64,000 bases of DNA, taken from NCBI GenBank assembly GCA_001662655.1, contig KV460251.1. One strand, 5' to 3'. The position numbers and the translations under genes were made by a program. Below are positions 48,564 through 60,045 of the stretch, piece by piece. The DNA is from Pseudogymnoascus verrucosus. Its lineage: Eukaryota. Positions within the stretch are counted from its first letter, which is position 1. Every line of letters begins with the position of its first letter. The notes beneath the pieces are model-generated. The model was not told the origin of the DNA. It searched no databases and saw nothing but the letters and a program-made list of their open reading frames with translations.

Positions 48564-50235
48564 ATGAATCACAGGATGAGCGCAACCACTCAATATGTCT
48601 GTACAGGATGTACCCGGCATTTACGTCGCATAGTGTTTAATCGAAGGGGCAGTTCAAGGGGTACTCAGGTTTCTACTCGCCGAAAGTATAGTGTACAGAA
48701 TTCCACTCAAAATGGCCGACCTTTCCGAATGGCCGTCATAGGCTCTGGCCCAGCGGGATTTTATACGTCCTATAAAGTGCTGTCCAAAATTGAAAATGGG
48801 ACAGTAGATATGTATGAGCATCTTCCTGTGCCTTATGGCCTTGTCCGTTTTGGTGTTGCTCCAGATCATCCAGAAGTCAAGGTTTGTGAACTTCGGCTTC
48901 CGCCATCCGCCTTCAAACAAGGCTAATAACATATAGAACTGCGAAGATAAGTTTCAAGAGGTAGCAGAATCGCCAAATTTTAACTTTATTGGTAATATAA
49001 GCATTGGATCAGACCCAGGGTCCTTGCCTCTTGCAGCTATTGCCCCTCACTATGACGCCATACTATTCGCATACGGAGCTTCACAGGACCGGAAGTTGGG
49101 GATAAAGGGAGAGGATACGGTCAATGGCATATATTCTGCTCGAGCATTTGTCGGGTGGTACAATGGGCTGCCAGAATACTCGGGTCTCGCGCCTGACTTG
49201 ACAATGGGGGAAGAAGCGGTTGTCATCGGCCAGGGCAACGTTGCCCTTGACGTAGCACGCATACTTCTCAGCGACGTGAATTCGTTGAAGGGAACCGATA
49301 TCACCGAGCAGGCCATAGACGCCTTGAGCAGAAGCCGTGTCAAGAGCGTGAGAGTGGTTGGGAGACGTGGGCCAATGCAGGTGAGTCATACTGTTCAATT
49401 TGTTTTACAATACGCCCAACTAACTATCAAACAGGCTGCATTCACGATAAAGGAGGTTCGAGAGCTCATGAAGCTACCAGATGTGGCATTCCGTCCAATT
49501 CCTCCAGCCCAATTACCTCCGGATATGACCAAGCTCCCTCGCGCACCGAAGCGCATAATGCAAGTTCTATCAAAGGGCTCAGAAGCATCGTTGGGAGACG
49601 TGCCACGATCTTGGTCTCTCGATTTCCAGCTATCGCCCACCTCGTTTAACCCAGATTCGTCGAATAATCTAGCTAGTCTTTCCTTTGACAAAACTTCCCT
49701 AGGCCTCGATCCCTTTGACCCCAAGGCCAGGGTAACGAGCACTGGTGAACAGGCGGACCTCCCTGCTGAGATGGCGTTCCGGTCTATCGGGTATAAATCG
49801 GAAGCCATCGCCGGACTCTCAGAACTCGGTATCCCATTTGATGACCGATTAGGTATAATACCCAATGATCAGGAGGGCCGCGTATTGAGCCTCGGGTGGG
49901 AAAAGGGGGTAAAGCAACACGTTCCCGGGATGTACGCCGCAGGTTGGGTAAAGAGAGGTCCGACAGGCGTTATTGCAAGCACCATGAGTGATGCATTTTT
50001 AACCGCAGATAGAATTGCCGAGGACTGGAATAGTAAGGCACCATTCAACGGGGGCGAGGAGGTAAAAACGGGGTGGGAAGCCGTCAAAGTCGAAGCTGAG
50101 AAGAGAAGATGCCGAAGGGTGAGTTGGGAGGACTGGAAAAAGATCGATGCAGCTGAAGTCGCACGAGGCAAGAATAGCGGCAAGAAGAGGGAGAAATTCA
50201 CTACCATCGAAGAGATGCTCCGTGTCTTAGACTGA
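48564..50235 (+). CDS. ARH1: Mitochondrial NADPH:adrenodoxin oxidoreductase, 3 exons
   Basis: VIGSGPAGFY, PYGLVRFGVAPDHPEVK-NC, IGQGNVALDVARIL and GWVKRGPTGVIASTM. Introns ~48882-48937 and 49381-49434. Confidence 0.95.
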
Positions 50236-50303
50236 TCAACTTAGGTTGAACTGTACCCTTATGTAACTATATATACAATACTTAGATATTTATTCTCATC
50301 TAT

Positions 50304-51388
50304 TTATTTTTGGAGCTTCGACGTCAATTCCGGCACCTTCTCAAACAGATCGCCCACCAAGCCGACATCCGCGATCTGGAAAATAGGTGCATCGGGGTCC
50401 TTGTTGATAGCCGCAATCACCTTGCTATCCTTCATTCCTGCCAAATGCTGGATAGCACCGGAAATACCGGCGCATAGGTACAACTGTGGTGCAACCACCT
50501 TGCCCGTTTGCCCAACTTGTAAGCTGTTATCAGCATATCCGCTGTCAACGGCCGCTCTCGAAGCACCAACAGCAGCGCCTAGGGCGTCTGCAAGGGGCAG
50601 CATAATCTTATCGAACTCCTCCTTGGATTTTAAGCCACGGCCACCTGACACGACCTTGCCGGCGGTCGCCAGATCAGGGCGATCGCTCTTCGCGAGATCC
50701 TCAGAAACCCATTCCGTTGTGCTCTCGGATTTAGGGTCAACGCCCTCTTCAATTGTGGCCGAGCCGCCAGTGGTAGCAGCTGCGGCGAACGCGGTTCCAC
50801 GGATAGTCACAATTTTGATGTCATCAGAGGACTCCACGGTTGCGATAGCATTTCCAGCATAGATAGGGCGGACGAAGGTATTCTCAGACTCAATGGCAAC
50901 AACGTCGGAGATTTGTTGCTTGTCGAGCAGCGCAGCTAGGCGGGGCAAGAGGTTCTTGCCGAACGCAGTGTGCCCAGCCACAATGTGCGTGTAACCGCCT
51001 TTCTTGATGTTTTCGACTAAGAGAGGGGCGTAGTTCTCTGGTAGACCCTGTTTGATAATTTAGCATCCATGACTGTATATACTGCCTCCCCATGATCGCA
51101 TACCCTGTCATATGCCGCATTGTCAACTGAGATGACCTTCTCGACGCCCTCGACCTTAGCTGCCTCCTCGGCGACGCTCTTAATGTTGCCGCCAGCAACG
51201 AAGGCAGTGACCGAGCCTCCGAGTTTCTTGGCGGCGGTGACAGCGCTCAGGGAACCGGTGTTCAGCTTTCCATTGTTCTGTTCGAGGACGGCTAGTGTCG
51301 ATAGTAGCCTCTGGAGTTGTGAAAGTGATTGGACCCGGAACTGGGGGCGTGCTTGACGCAGTACAGACCGGCTGACCGAGGAAAGCAT
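50304..51388 (-). CDS. AIM45: Electron transfer flavoprotein alpha subunit, mitochondrial, 2 exons
   Basis: Presequence, [30 protein letters not shown] and [35 protein letters not shown]. Intron ~51048-51103. Confidence 0.96.
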
Positions 51389-51873
51389 ATTGATGGCGCT
51401 GTTTGAGTAAATAGAATCAAACAGTGAAATCCAAATTGTCCTCCAAGGTATGTGGGGGAATGTTAAGCTTCAAGCATCGCAAGTCTTGATTGCTGGGCTA
51501 TCATCGGCCCTTGACCCGAGGTTCGCTCGGAACAAACCGTGCTCAAATGCCAAGACAAATGCCACAGTCACGTGGTATATGGACTAGGATTACTCGCTTC
51601 AGTCACGACTATTGTCGCGAGAACATCTTGAGGCTATCCATCAGACGCGCCTCAGCAAAAGTCACCTTAATCCAGCACGGCCGTTCCTCATTCCAAACTA
51701 TCAACATTGTATAGTTGTATGGTCGCATAAGCAGTTTGAACTCAGCCCGACGTGCTCAACTTGCGCCCAAGGTCCTCCACCCCAACAATCAGCAAAGTCG
51801 ATTCGAAGCCTGTAGGAAGGGACTTATCATTTCTGTCGACCACGCTTCGAGAAATTGGAGAAAAATATACAAT

Positions 51874-54115
51874 ATGGATAGCGAATCTCTTAGTGTTGGG
51901 TCGCCAGCTACGACAGCAACTCCTAACACCAATGCGCAAGGCCAACAGCAAGGGGAGGCTGGAACCCCTGTGGTGGAAGGGGCAAATGATGCAGCAACCA
52001 ATGGTATGTTTTAATGCCTCGTCACAATTGGCGTTCACTATTATGATAATAAATAGATATCTGACTCTAATACCGTGTTTAGATCCCTCTGCAACGGATG
52101 CCGAAACTTCAGAACCAGCCATCAAGCCGGACACCTCAACATCTACTCCTGCTGTAGTATCAGATAACCCTCTCGACGCGCCCGAAGGACCTAGGCCTGA
52201 AGACACAAGGCAGGATACGGAAATGGGCGAGGCACAGGAGGATGTCAAAGATGGGCAGCAACTTGTCACAACCGGCGAAGGAGCAGATACGACTGCGGCA
52301 ACTGGACAAGTTGAGCAAACGAAAGCGTCAATCGAGTCTACTGCGCGCGAACACCTCATCTCCCAAACACATTCAATCATCCTACCAAGTTACAGTACTT
52401 GGTTCGATATGCACCAGATCAATAATATTGAGCGCAAGGCACTGCCTGAGTTTTTCAACAACAGAAATCGAAGCAAAACGCCAGCTGTGTATAAAGATTA
52501 TAGAGATTTCATGATCAACACATACCGTCTAAACCCCGTGGAGTATCTCACTGTGACTGCATGCCGCAGAAATCTCGCGGGAGATGTATGCGCTATCATG
52601 CGCGTGCATGCGTTCTTGGAGCAATGGGGTCTTATCAATTACCAGGTAAGCTAAAAGGCAGTATCTCGCGAAGAACTTCGAACTAACAAAACTCAGGTTG
52701 ATGCGGATGCTCGGCCGTCCAACGTCGGCCCACCATTCACTGGTCACTTCCGAGTAATTGCGGATACACCTAGAGGACTGCAGCCGTGGAATCCGGCAAC
52801 GGACCCGGTCATTACACAGGGAAAGCCAAGTGCAGACACAGACGCAAAGGCGAAGGCAGACGGGAAGATTGAGCGTAACCTAGAGATTGGCCGCAACGCC
52901 TATGAGCCGAATGGCAAAGAAGTGACTCAAAAGACTGGAGACAAACAGGCCAATGGAGAATCAGCGACCAACGGTGCCGCCGACCCTAGCAAGGCTCTCG
53001 ATGCGCTCCTGAAGAGCCCGATCGCCAAAGTCAACTGTTACTCTTGCGGAGTTGATTGCACGCGCGTCTATTACCACAACGGAAAGACTGCGCCAGGAGT
53101 TACCAGCTCGGGGAAGGCGAAATATGACGTCTGCCCGAACTGCTTCCTCGAACTCCGTCTCCCATCTAACCAAGACTCATCACTGTACGTCAAAATCGAA
53201 AACCCGTCTTACAGCAAGTACCCGGATCGTGATGCCCCTTGGAATGATGGCGAGCTACTGCTGTTGCTGGAAGGTCTCGAGAAGTTTGACGATAGCTGGC
53301 AAGAGATTGCAGAGTATGTCGGAACCCGAACTCGCGAAGAGTGTGTGGTAAAGTTCTTGCAATTGGAGATTGAGGACAAATACCTCGACACAGAGCCAGC
53401 TGTAAATGGAAGCACTGGGCTTGGATTGCTTGGAACATCCGGTGGACAGCTTCCATTTAACCAAGCCGACAACCCAGTGATGTCTGTCATGGGCTTCCTG
53501 GCCAACCTGACGGACCCAGCTGTCGCAGCTGCAGCGGCTGGAAAGAGCGTTGACGCAATGAAGAAGAGTCTGCGTCAGAAGCTAGACAAAGATTATGGCG
53601 GTGATGATGCATCTGACTCGAAAGACAAGCAAAACGACGCTATGGACATTGACATTCACCACCACGAAACGACCACGACCACGACCACCACAACCACCTC
53701 TACAACCCTCGCCACCGCAACCTTAGCTGGAGCTGCTGCCCGCGCCTCTGCCCTGGCAACACATGAAGAACGCGAGATGACACGCCTAGTATCCGCAGTT
53801 GTCAACACGACATTGCAGAAGCTAGATCTGAAGCTCCAACAGTTCAACGAGATGGAGGCGATCATCCAGGAGGAGAGACGTGAGTTGGAGAGGGGAAGGC
53901 AACAGCTGTTCCTCGACAGACTTACCTTCAAGAAGCGAGTTCGTGATGTCCAGGAGGGGCTACGGGTAGCGGCTACTGTAGGTGGAGAGGAAGGGAACAG
54001 GATGGCGCAGGATGTTATGGATACAGGCGACAGGTTGAGCTTCCAAGGCCCCGGCAACAATGACAATGTACAGCCGTTGAGCGCCGAAGGAGCTGTCAGT
54101 ACCTTCGAGATTTGA
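51874..54115 (+). CDS. RSC8: SWI/SNF-RSC core subunit (SWIRM, ZZ, SANT; Rsc8/Ssr2/Swi3 family), 3 exons
   Basis: SWIRM ([10 protein letters not shown]...[34 protein letters not shown]), ZZ cysteines, SANT ([14 protein letters not shown]...[14 protein letters not shown]) and a C-terminal coiled coil. Introns ~52004-52082 and ~52646-52697. Confidence 0.92.
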
Positions 54116-54536
54116 GATACAGGGGATGGCTAGTGGGTGGCGAGTGAGGTGTTTTGATAATGGCGTATAGGGTTTGAAATTGGTCAAACGGGCGACAACC
54201 GGATGGGCCGGATACGTGAGGATTTCATGAGGCAAAGCCGCCAGTTGGTTGCGGTTTTCTTCGAATTTTCAATGTGAGCTTATTATTAGTTGTATTGTAC
54301 TTCTAGAAAATGGAATCAATGGTATAATCAAGTTGAACCTTCGTGCCACACGGAACTCTGAGCAATAGTGGATCGATATGTCTTTCCAAGAGCGAGATAA
54401 GTGCTCTCGATAGTAAATATATTCATGATGCCTGAAGCTACCGTCTCTATCTTACATACAAGTACATTAACCACTCCACAGCTTCATATCCATGGTCGTC
54501 GCTCAATTAGGAGGCCTATAAACTCGTAGCATCTCG

Positions 54537-56972
54537 TCACTGAGCCCACTCGTTATCATCACCAATATCATAGTCCAGCTCCTGTTGCTCTCGCTTCTGG
54601 CTTTGTGCGGGCCTTCTATGCGTATCTTGAGCCATAGCGTCACCCTCTCCGCTGCCTCCCATGTCCGTGTCTCCATTCTCATGGTCATTTGTGTCTGGCT
54701 TAGCGATTGGCGCAGCAGATGGTAAGGTAACAGGCGGCAGTGGCGTCTGAATCCATGCCAGATCCACTTTCCCAACGCCAGGTATCTCGGAATTGGAAAT
54801 GCCATACATAAACTTCTCGGCAGTGAACCGGTCTTTGAAGGTTATGGAGGTGCTCTTTGGGGTGGTTTCGATATCAGCATACTCGCCGACACCCTGACTA
54901 GTTAGCATCAATCATATAAGCTGTATTCATGGTGACTTACGAGAAGATATTGCCGTAGACTCTCATCTTTTTCGGCGTGCGTAAAATCCACTCCTGAGAT
55001 GCCTATTTTCTTCGGTCGATTGTCCAGCTTGTATGGATTAGGTCCAGGAGCGTAACCAGCGCCACCGCGGCCCCGGTAGCCGCCTCGTGCACCACGAGGA
55101 GCGTATGCACCTCTCATACCGGGGGCGCCTCGTCCTCGGCCTCTTCCTCTACCGCCCCAGCCACCCCAGGTGTTCTCTTCGGCCTGAGCAGGATCCAGAC
55201 CCAAACTCCTTGCCTCAGCTTCTAATGCGGCAAGCTGCTTTTTGAGGGCCTCTGCTTGACTCGGGGGTTTCCCATCAGCACCATTGCTCTCAGCTGACGG
55301 CTGTGCCGTTCCTTCTTTAGCAGCTAATCTTTCCATCAACTTGCGCTTCTCTTCTGCCTGGCGCTTCATCAGGTCTTCCTGTCTCTTCTGCATCTCCGCA
55401 ACAGCGGCTTCCATCTCGGTCTTCTTTTTCATTTTCTCTTCGTGCGCCTTTTGGACCTCAGCTTGCTTGCGGGTGAACTCTTCCACATCGATACGGGTCT
55501 CTGAAGTTGCTCTCGCTGGAACACCTGAAGCCGCATCCCCCGGAGCAGTGGCAGTAAAGCCCTCCCCTGCGTTGCCCCTAGGTGGTTGAGGTAAAGAAGC
55601 GTCATCCTTGTACCAGTAGACTTTGACAAATCTATTGTCGAAGATAACTTTGGGCGAGTTGTATGCCGCCTGAGCAACATTCCAATCATTATACTTCACC
55701 AGCGCAAGACGCTTGTAAGCTTGCATCGTTACGTCACTAATTTCCCCAAACTCAGAGAAGAATGCCCGGACAGCTTCTTCTGAGAACTTCTCTTCTGGAA
55801 TATTCTCGACGACGATGGTTGTCTTTGAGCGGTCGAAATTGGGACGGTCAGAGGAGAACTCGGCACGCCCCCCACGGCGACTGGGCGCTCCACCACGTTC
55901 CCCACGGTTACCGAACTGCCCTCTACCACGGCCTCTGCCCCGTTCGCTTCCAGGGAACTGGTGACCACCGCCAGGTCGCATTCCAGCCGGAGAGCCTTCA
56001 GCTCCAACCACAAGAGACGAGTTGGTAGGGTCATACTCGTCGACAACACCCTGGGGCACATATATGGAATCCTGGCCATGCTCAAACTTGCAGCTGTTAC
56101 CACGTGCACAAAAGCCTTTGGTATCGTAGTCTCTGCATCTCCGTCCTTGCCCTGGCCTTCCACCAGGGCCCCTTGGACCGGCCGCATGTTGATCGAACCC
56201 AGGCATCCCCTGGACTGGGAAACCCATGGCTTGCATGGCCATCATGGCTGCCATAGGGTCGTTAGGGTCCGTTGATGGCATTCCCGGAGGTAAATGCGGC
56301 ATCGGAGGAAACGCCTGCTGTGTATCAAACCGTCTGTTTGGTTGCGGCGCAGTGTAATTGCCAAAGCTATCATAATGTCCACCTGGTACCATGCTACCGT
56401 TTCTCCGTGCTTGTTTCATTGCTCTTCCCGTAGTATCCATTGGCCCCATCTGAGCATCTGCATCGCCCCGGTCATTGAAAGATCGTTTCTTCGAACCATT
56501 TGGATTTGGACCGGTAGGTACGCCAGACATGTCGAAGTTGTTGTATGGAGTCCCGACTGGTGCATTCGCATTGGGCAAGGTAGACACGGGATGCTGAGGT
56601 GGAGGCGGCGCGCCAGGCATGAACGATCGGTATTGAACGGCGTCGAAGAGATCTTTCACGAATACAGTGCTGTCTACGATTAATTGTAAGCAATGCACCT
56701 CTTTGGGGGTCCATGGTTTTCACCTTCTTTGAGAAAATCCGGGATTTCTTCCTCGCAAAGCTTTCGTACTGTCTCAATGTCGCCATCATGCCTCAGAAGT
56801 GCCAAAACATAATCGGCGAGGACATCGGCATCGGCATCTGAACTACACACAGGCATAAGTTAGTATTTGGCTCCTCCAGACGAGGCTTAACGTGAACTTA
56901 CGTATTTTCCAATCTCTTCACGATCCAAGCCTTCAATTGCGGCGCCTCCTCTTCAGCAAACAACATCATCAT
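54537..56972 (-). CDS. PWI + CCCH zinc finger + RRM protein (RBM26/RBM27/Rmn1 family), 4 exons
   Basis: PWI (LKAWIVKRLENT-SDADADVLADYVLALL), RCRDYDTKGFCARGNSCKFEHG, RRM TTIVVENIPEE...SPKVIFDNRFVKVYW, RGG boxes, and a second RRM (LDNRPKKI). Confidence 0.88.
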
Positions 56973-57451
56973 TGATGAGATGTTTTAGTGCGTCGACAGT
57001 GTAAAGCGTCCTTTAGTTCGATTGCTGGAGCTTGTTCATCGCTTTCAGATAATTTCTTCGCCTTCAGCTTCAGAGCCTCGTCTTGTCGCGTGTTGGCGCG
57101 CGGCGGATAGCTAGCGCCACAAGCGCCGGTGCCAAGTATAAAACATATAAATCGTCCAGACCAGTACAAAACCTCACGACGAGTTGACAAAAGTCATTTA
57201 GCTTGCATATTAATAGTGATAGAGGGCAAATCATTTATTGAGATGCTTTCACTTCCCAACACAAACTTATTATCACGAAACAAAGGTTAAATCTCGACGG
57301 AAAATTTATTTAATATGCACGAGTTTTAATGATTTGGCCGAACAATATCACTATTTCTTCAGCGTAGGAAATCAATGTGTCTTATTTTGGGGTCGTTACT
57401 CGTTCTTCTTGGAAAGAGAACCGCATCATTTGAAAATGCGCCTAGAAAAAT

Positions 57452-59416
57452 ATGGACTTTGAAGATTCTGACACCAGTGGCCACGGCTACGATGTAGCAC
57501 CGGTAGATGACGATGATTCTGGGTCGTCATACCGCGCCTCTTCTGAAAGTGCAGATGAGAGACGTAAAGTTGGTCGGAAGGCGGGTGGGTCAAGAAGGCA
57601 CATGAAAACGGCCGTCACAGCGAAGAGAGGAGATTCCGAGAAATCTATTCCTGCACCCGCAATTTCACCAAGTGAGCATACGGAGGGACCAGCAGCACCC
57701 GAAGGCAATTATGATGGCGAAGAACGCAGCATCACTGCAAGCCCCCGAAAAAGGAGGGCTAGTTCGACCAGATATGAATCAGAATCCAATCGCCGCAGTC
57801 GTTATTTCAGGGAGAAGAAAATAAAAGGAAATTACAACGATGGCTACAGACAGTTGCTGAACAATGACATCAAAGACGCCGCATCCTGTTCCCTGCCTTC
57901 GGACTACCCACCGCTGCCAAGCAGCCAGATAGGCTCCAGCATGTGGACTACTGCCGAAAAAGGTTCCCTATTCACTGCTCTTGGAAGACTGGGCAAGGAC
58001 AACATTGCTGGGATAGCAACACGGATAGGTTCGAAATCGAAGCTACAGGTTCAGGAATATCTTGACCTATTACAGCGCAACCGGGGAACCAAAAAGCCTT
58101 TGGTGTTAACGGATCTCCCTGTGGCATTTGAAGTCAGCCAAGAATGTTCCCAGGCCTTGGACGAAGCAGCAGAGGCATTGGCTATGCGACAAGAACGTCA
58201 CGAGGAATCGCTTGAGAAGGCGAAATGGGGAGACGATTCCTGGCTTCTAACTAAGAGTGTGAACGAATCAGTCGAGTCTCATATTTCCGAGCCAAACGGA
58301 GAACACGCTCTTGCGGAGGTACTACCTGCTGCCCAGCTCTTGAACCTGGGGAATTGGTTGGAGCTATCTACTCGAGTCTTCATGAACCCAGCTGGGCGCA
58401 AGGATGAAAACTGGAGATACCTAATCGAGGAAGGAGATGAACATGGAATCCGAGCCACGGCATTCTCTGACTTTCAGAACCTAGCTATCAGTGTCACCAA
58501 ACGGCTAATATCAGCGACTCTATTCTGCGCAATGTCCAGAATGCGTGCCAAAGATATGGATACACAGACAAAGCATAGGCAGGAAGATGTCATTGGCGCT
58601 GATGTCGAAGCAGCTGCACAGATGATTGGATTGAGCATCAATAGCCACGACTTTTGGAAACACTGCCCGAGAAGGAACAACCTACAAGTCTTTCAGCGCC
58701 TAACCCTCAGTCACGGGAATAGACCTCCAATGGAATACGTTGCTGTCGAGGTCGAGCTAAACAAACAAACTCCGAAGCAAAGAGCTCGCTCCCGATCCCG
58801 GTCTCGATCTAGATCTCGATCAATCTCTGGTTCAGCATCCGGCTCTCGTGCTTCTTCAGTTTCGACTATCAATGCATCGGACATTGATATCTCGTCAGAT
58901 GAAGAAAGAGAATACTTATCGATTGCACCAAGCGAAGCCAGCCATGGAGACCTAGCAATGGAAATAGATTACGACTCGGAGGCTCAACTTCAGCGAGACC
59001 AGGGTGACTACCCACCTTTGAGCCCACGTCCAGCAGCGTCAGAGTCCATGGACCACCAGGCCTCAGCTATATCTCCTGAATCCCAGGAGCTGGCTTACGC
59101 AGATAAGTTCGACATGGTGGCCAGTATGGACGAAGAAGCCCGCCTATGGGAGTTACTGAACCAAAGTCCGCCTATCTTGGTCAAGGACGAAGTAGATGTC
59201 ATCACAAAGCCGAAAATAAAGACACGAGCTAAGGACGATATGATGGATTGGAGGGAGAAGGTCGAGTTCTGGAGTCCGTGGGAGACTCATGAATCGTTGC
59301 CTAGTGAAGACAAATTTGCTGCAAATCAGAGGAATGCGAGGAAACGGAGAAAACTTGTGCGAGAAGAGTCGGAGAGCGATGGAGGGGATGTTGGTGCTGT
59401 TGAGACAGAAGCATAG
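57452..59416 (+). CDS. RRN5: RNA polymerase I upstream activation factor subunit Rrn5-like (Myb/SANT-like domain)
   Basis: 654-aa intronless ORF with SQIGSSMWTTAEKGSLFTALGRLGKDNIAGIATRIGSKSKLQVQEYLDLL and WLELSTRVFMN...AFSDFQNLAISVTKRLI, as in Pezizomycotina Rrn5 proteins. Confidence 0.72.
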   Translation: MDFEDSDTSGHGYDVAPVDDDDSGSSYRASSESADERRKVGRKAGGSRRHMKTAVTAKRGDSEKSIPAPAISPSEHTEGPAAPEGNYDGEERSITASPRKRRASSTRYESESNRRSRYFREKKIKGNYNDGYRQLLNNDIKDAASCSLPSDYPPLPSSQIGSSMWTTAEKGSLFTALGRLGKDNIAGIATRIGSKSKLQVQEYLDLLQRNRGTKKPLVLTDLPVAFEVSQECSQALDEAAEALAMRQERHEESLEKAKWGDDSWLLTKSVNESVESHISEPNGEHALAEVLPAAQLLNLGNWLELSTRVFMNPAGRKDENWRYLIEEGDEHGIRATAFSDFQNLAISVTKRLISATLFCAMSRMRAKDMDTQTKHRQEDVIGADVEAAAQMIGLSINSHDFWKHCPRRNNLQVFQRLTLSHGNRPPMEYVAVEVELNKQTPKQRARSRSRSRSRSRSISGSASGSRASSVSTINASDIDISSDEEREYLSIAPSEASHGDLAMEIDYDSEAQLQRDQGDYPPLSPRPAASESMDHQASAISPESQELAYADKFDMVASMDEEARLWELLNQSPPILVKDEVDVITKPKIKTRAKDDMMDWREKVEFWSPWETHESLPSEDKFAANQRNARKRRKLVREESESDGGDVGAVETEA

Positions 59417-60045
59417 AATGGGCTTGAGAGAAGGAAATAATCGAGGGGCTGTTGGAGAGTTGTTAAGGCCTAGTTTAATATCTGTAGTGGCATGAAAAAA
59501 ATATTTCGGCGGATTTGGATCTCTATTTTCATTCATGAAAACGTATAGACACATTGAATCTGTATCGTAGTATTGATCTTAGGTAAAGAAGTATTCCAGA
59601 GTACAGAATCAACGAGTTCATCCATCTATGGACTTTTCAAGTTGCTATCCCATGATGTTGTTTGGAAAGTTGGGCAGTATTACGCAGACTAGTAGGTACA
59701 GAGAAAGTCACATTTAATCACAAGAATCACCTTCATAAAACGCAGCATTCTTTATACTTTCATCTCGATTCCTTAGCATATACCTAAAGAATGTCGAAGC
59801 TACTTAACAAAACAAGAGCAAGCAAAAACAAAAATCGGGAAAAAACGGAACTGATGTATAATTTTGTTCTTCTGATCTGCATCATGGCGCCGCTTCTACC
59901 GCTCAACGTCTCCGTTGCCCGTCAGAGCACCGCCACGAGGGAACATGGCTTTTCGTGGGTGTCATTCAGTCATAGTACTGCATGAACCGCGGGAAACGCG
60001 GTGCAACACCTGGTGGAGAGGAAGTCTATCAGGGACGAGAGCAGT

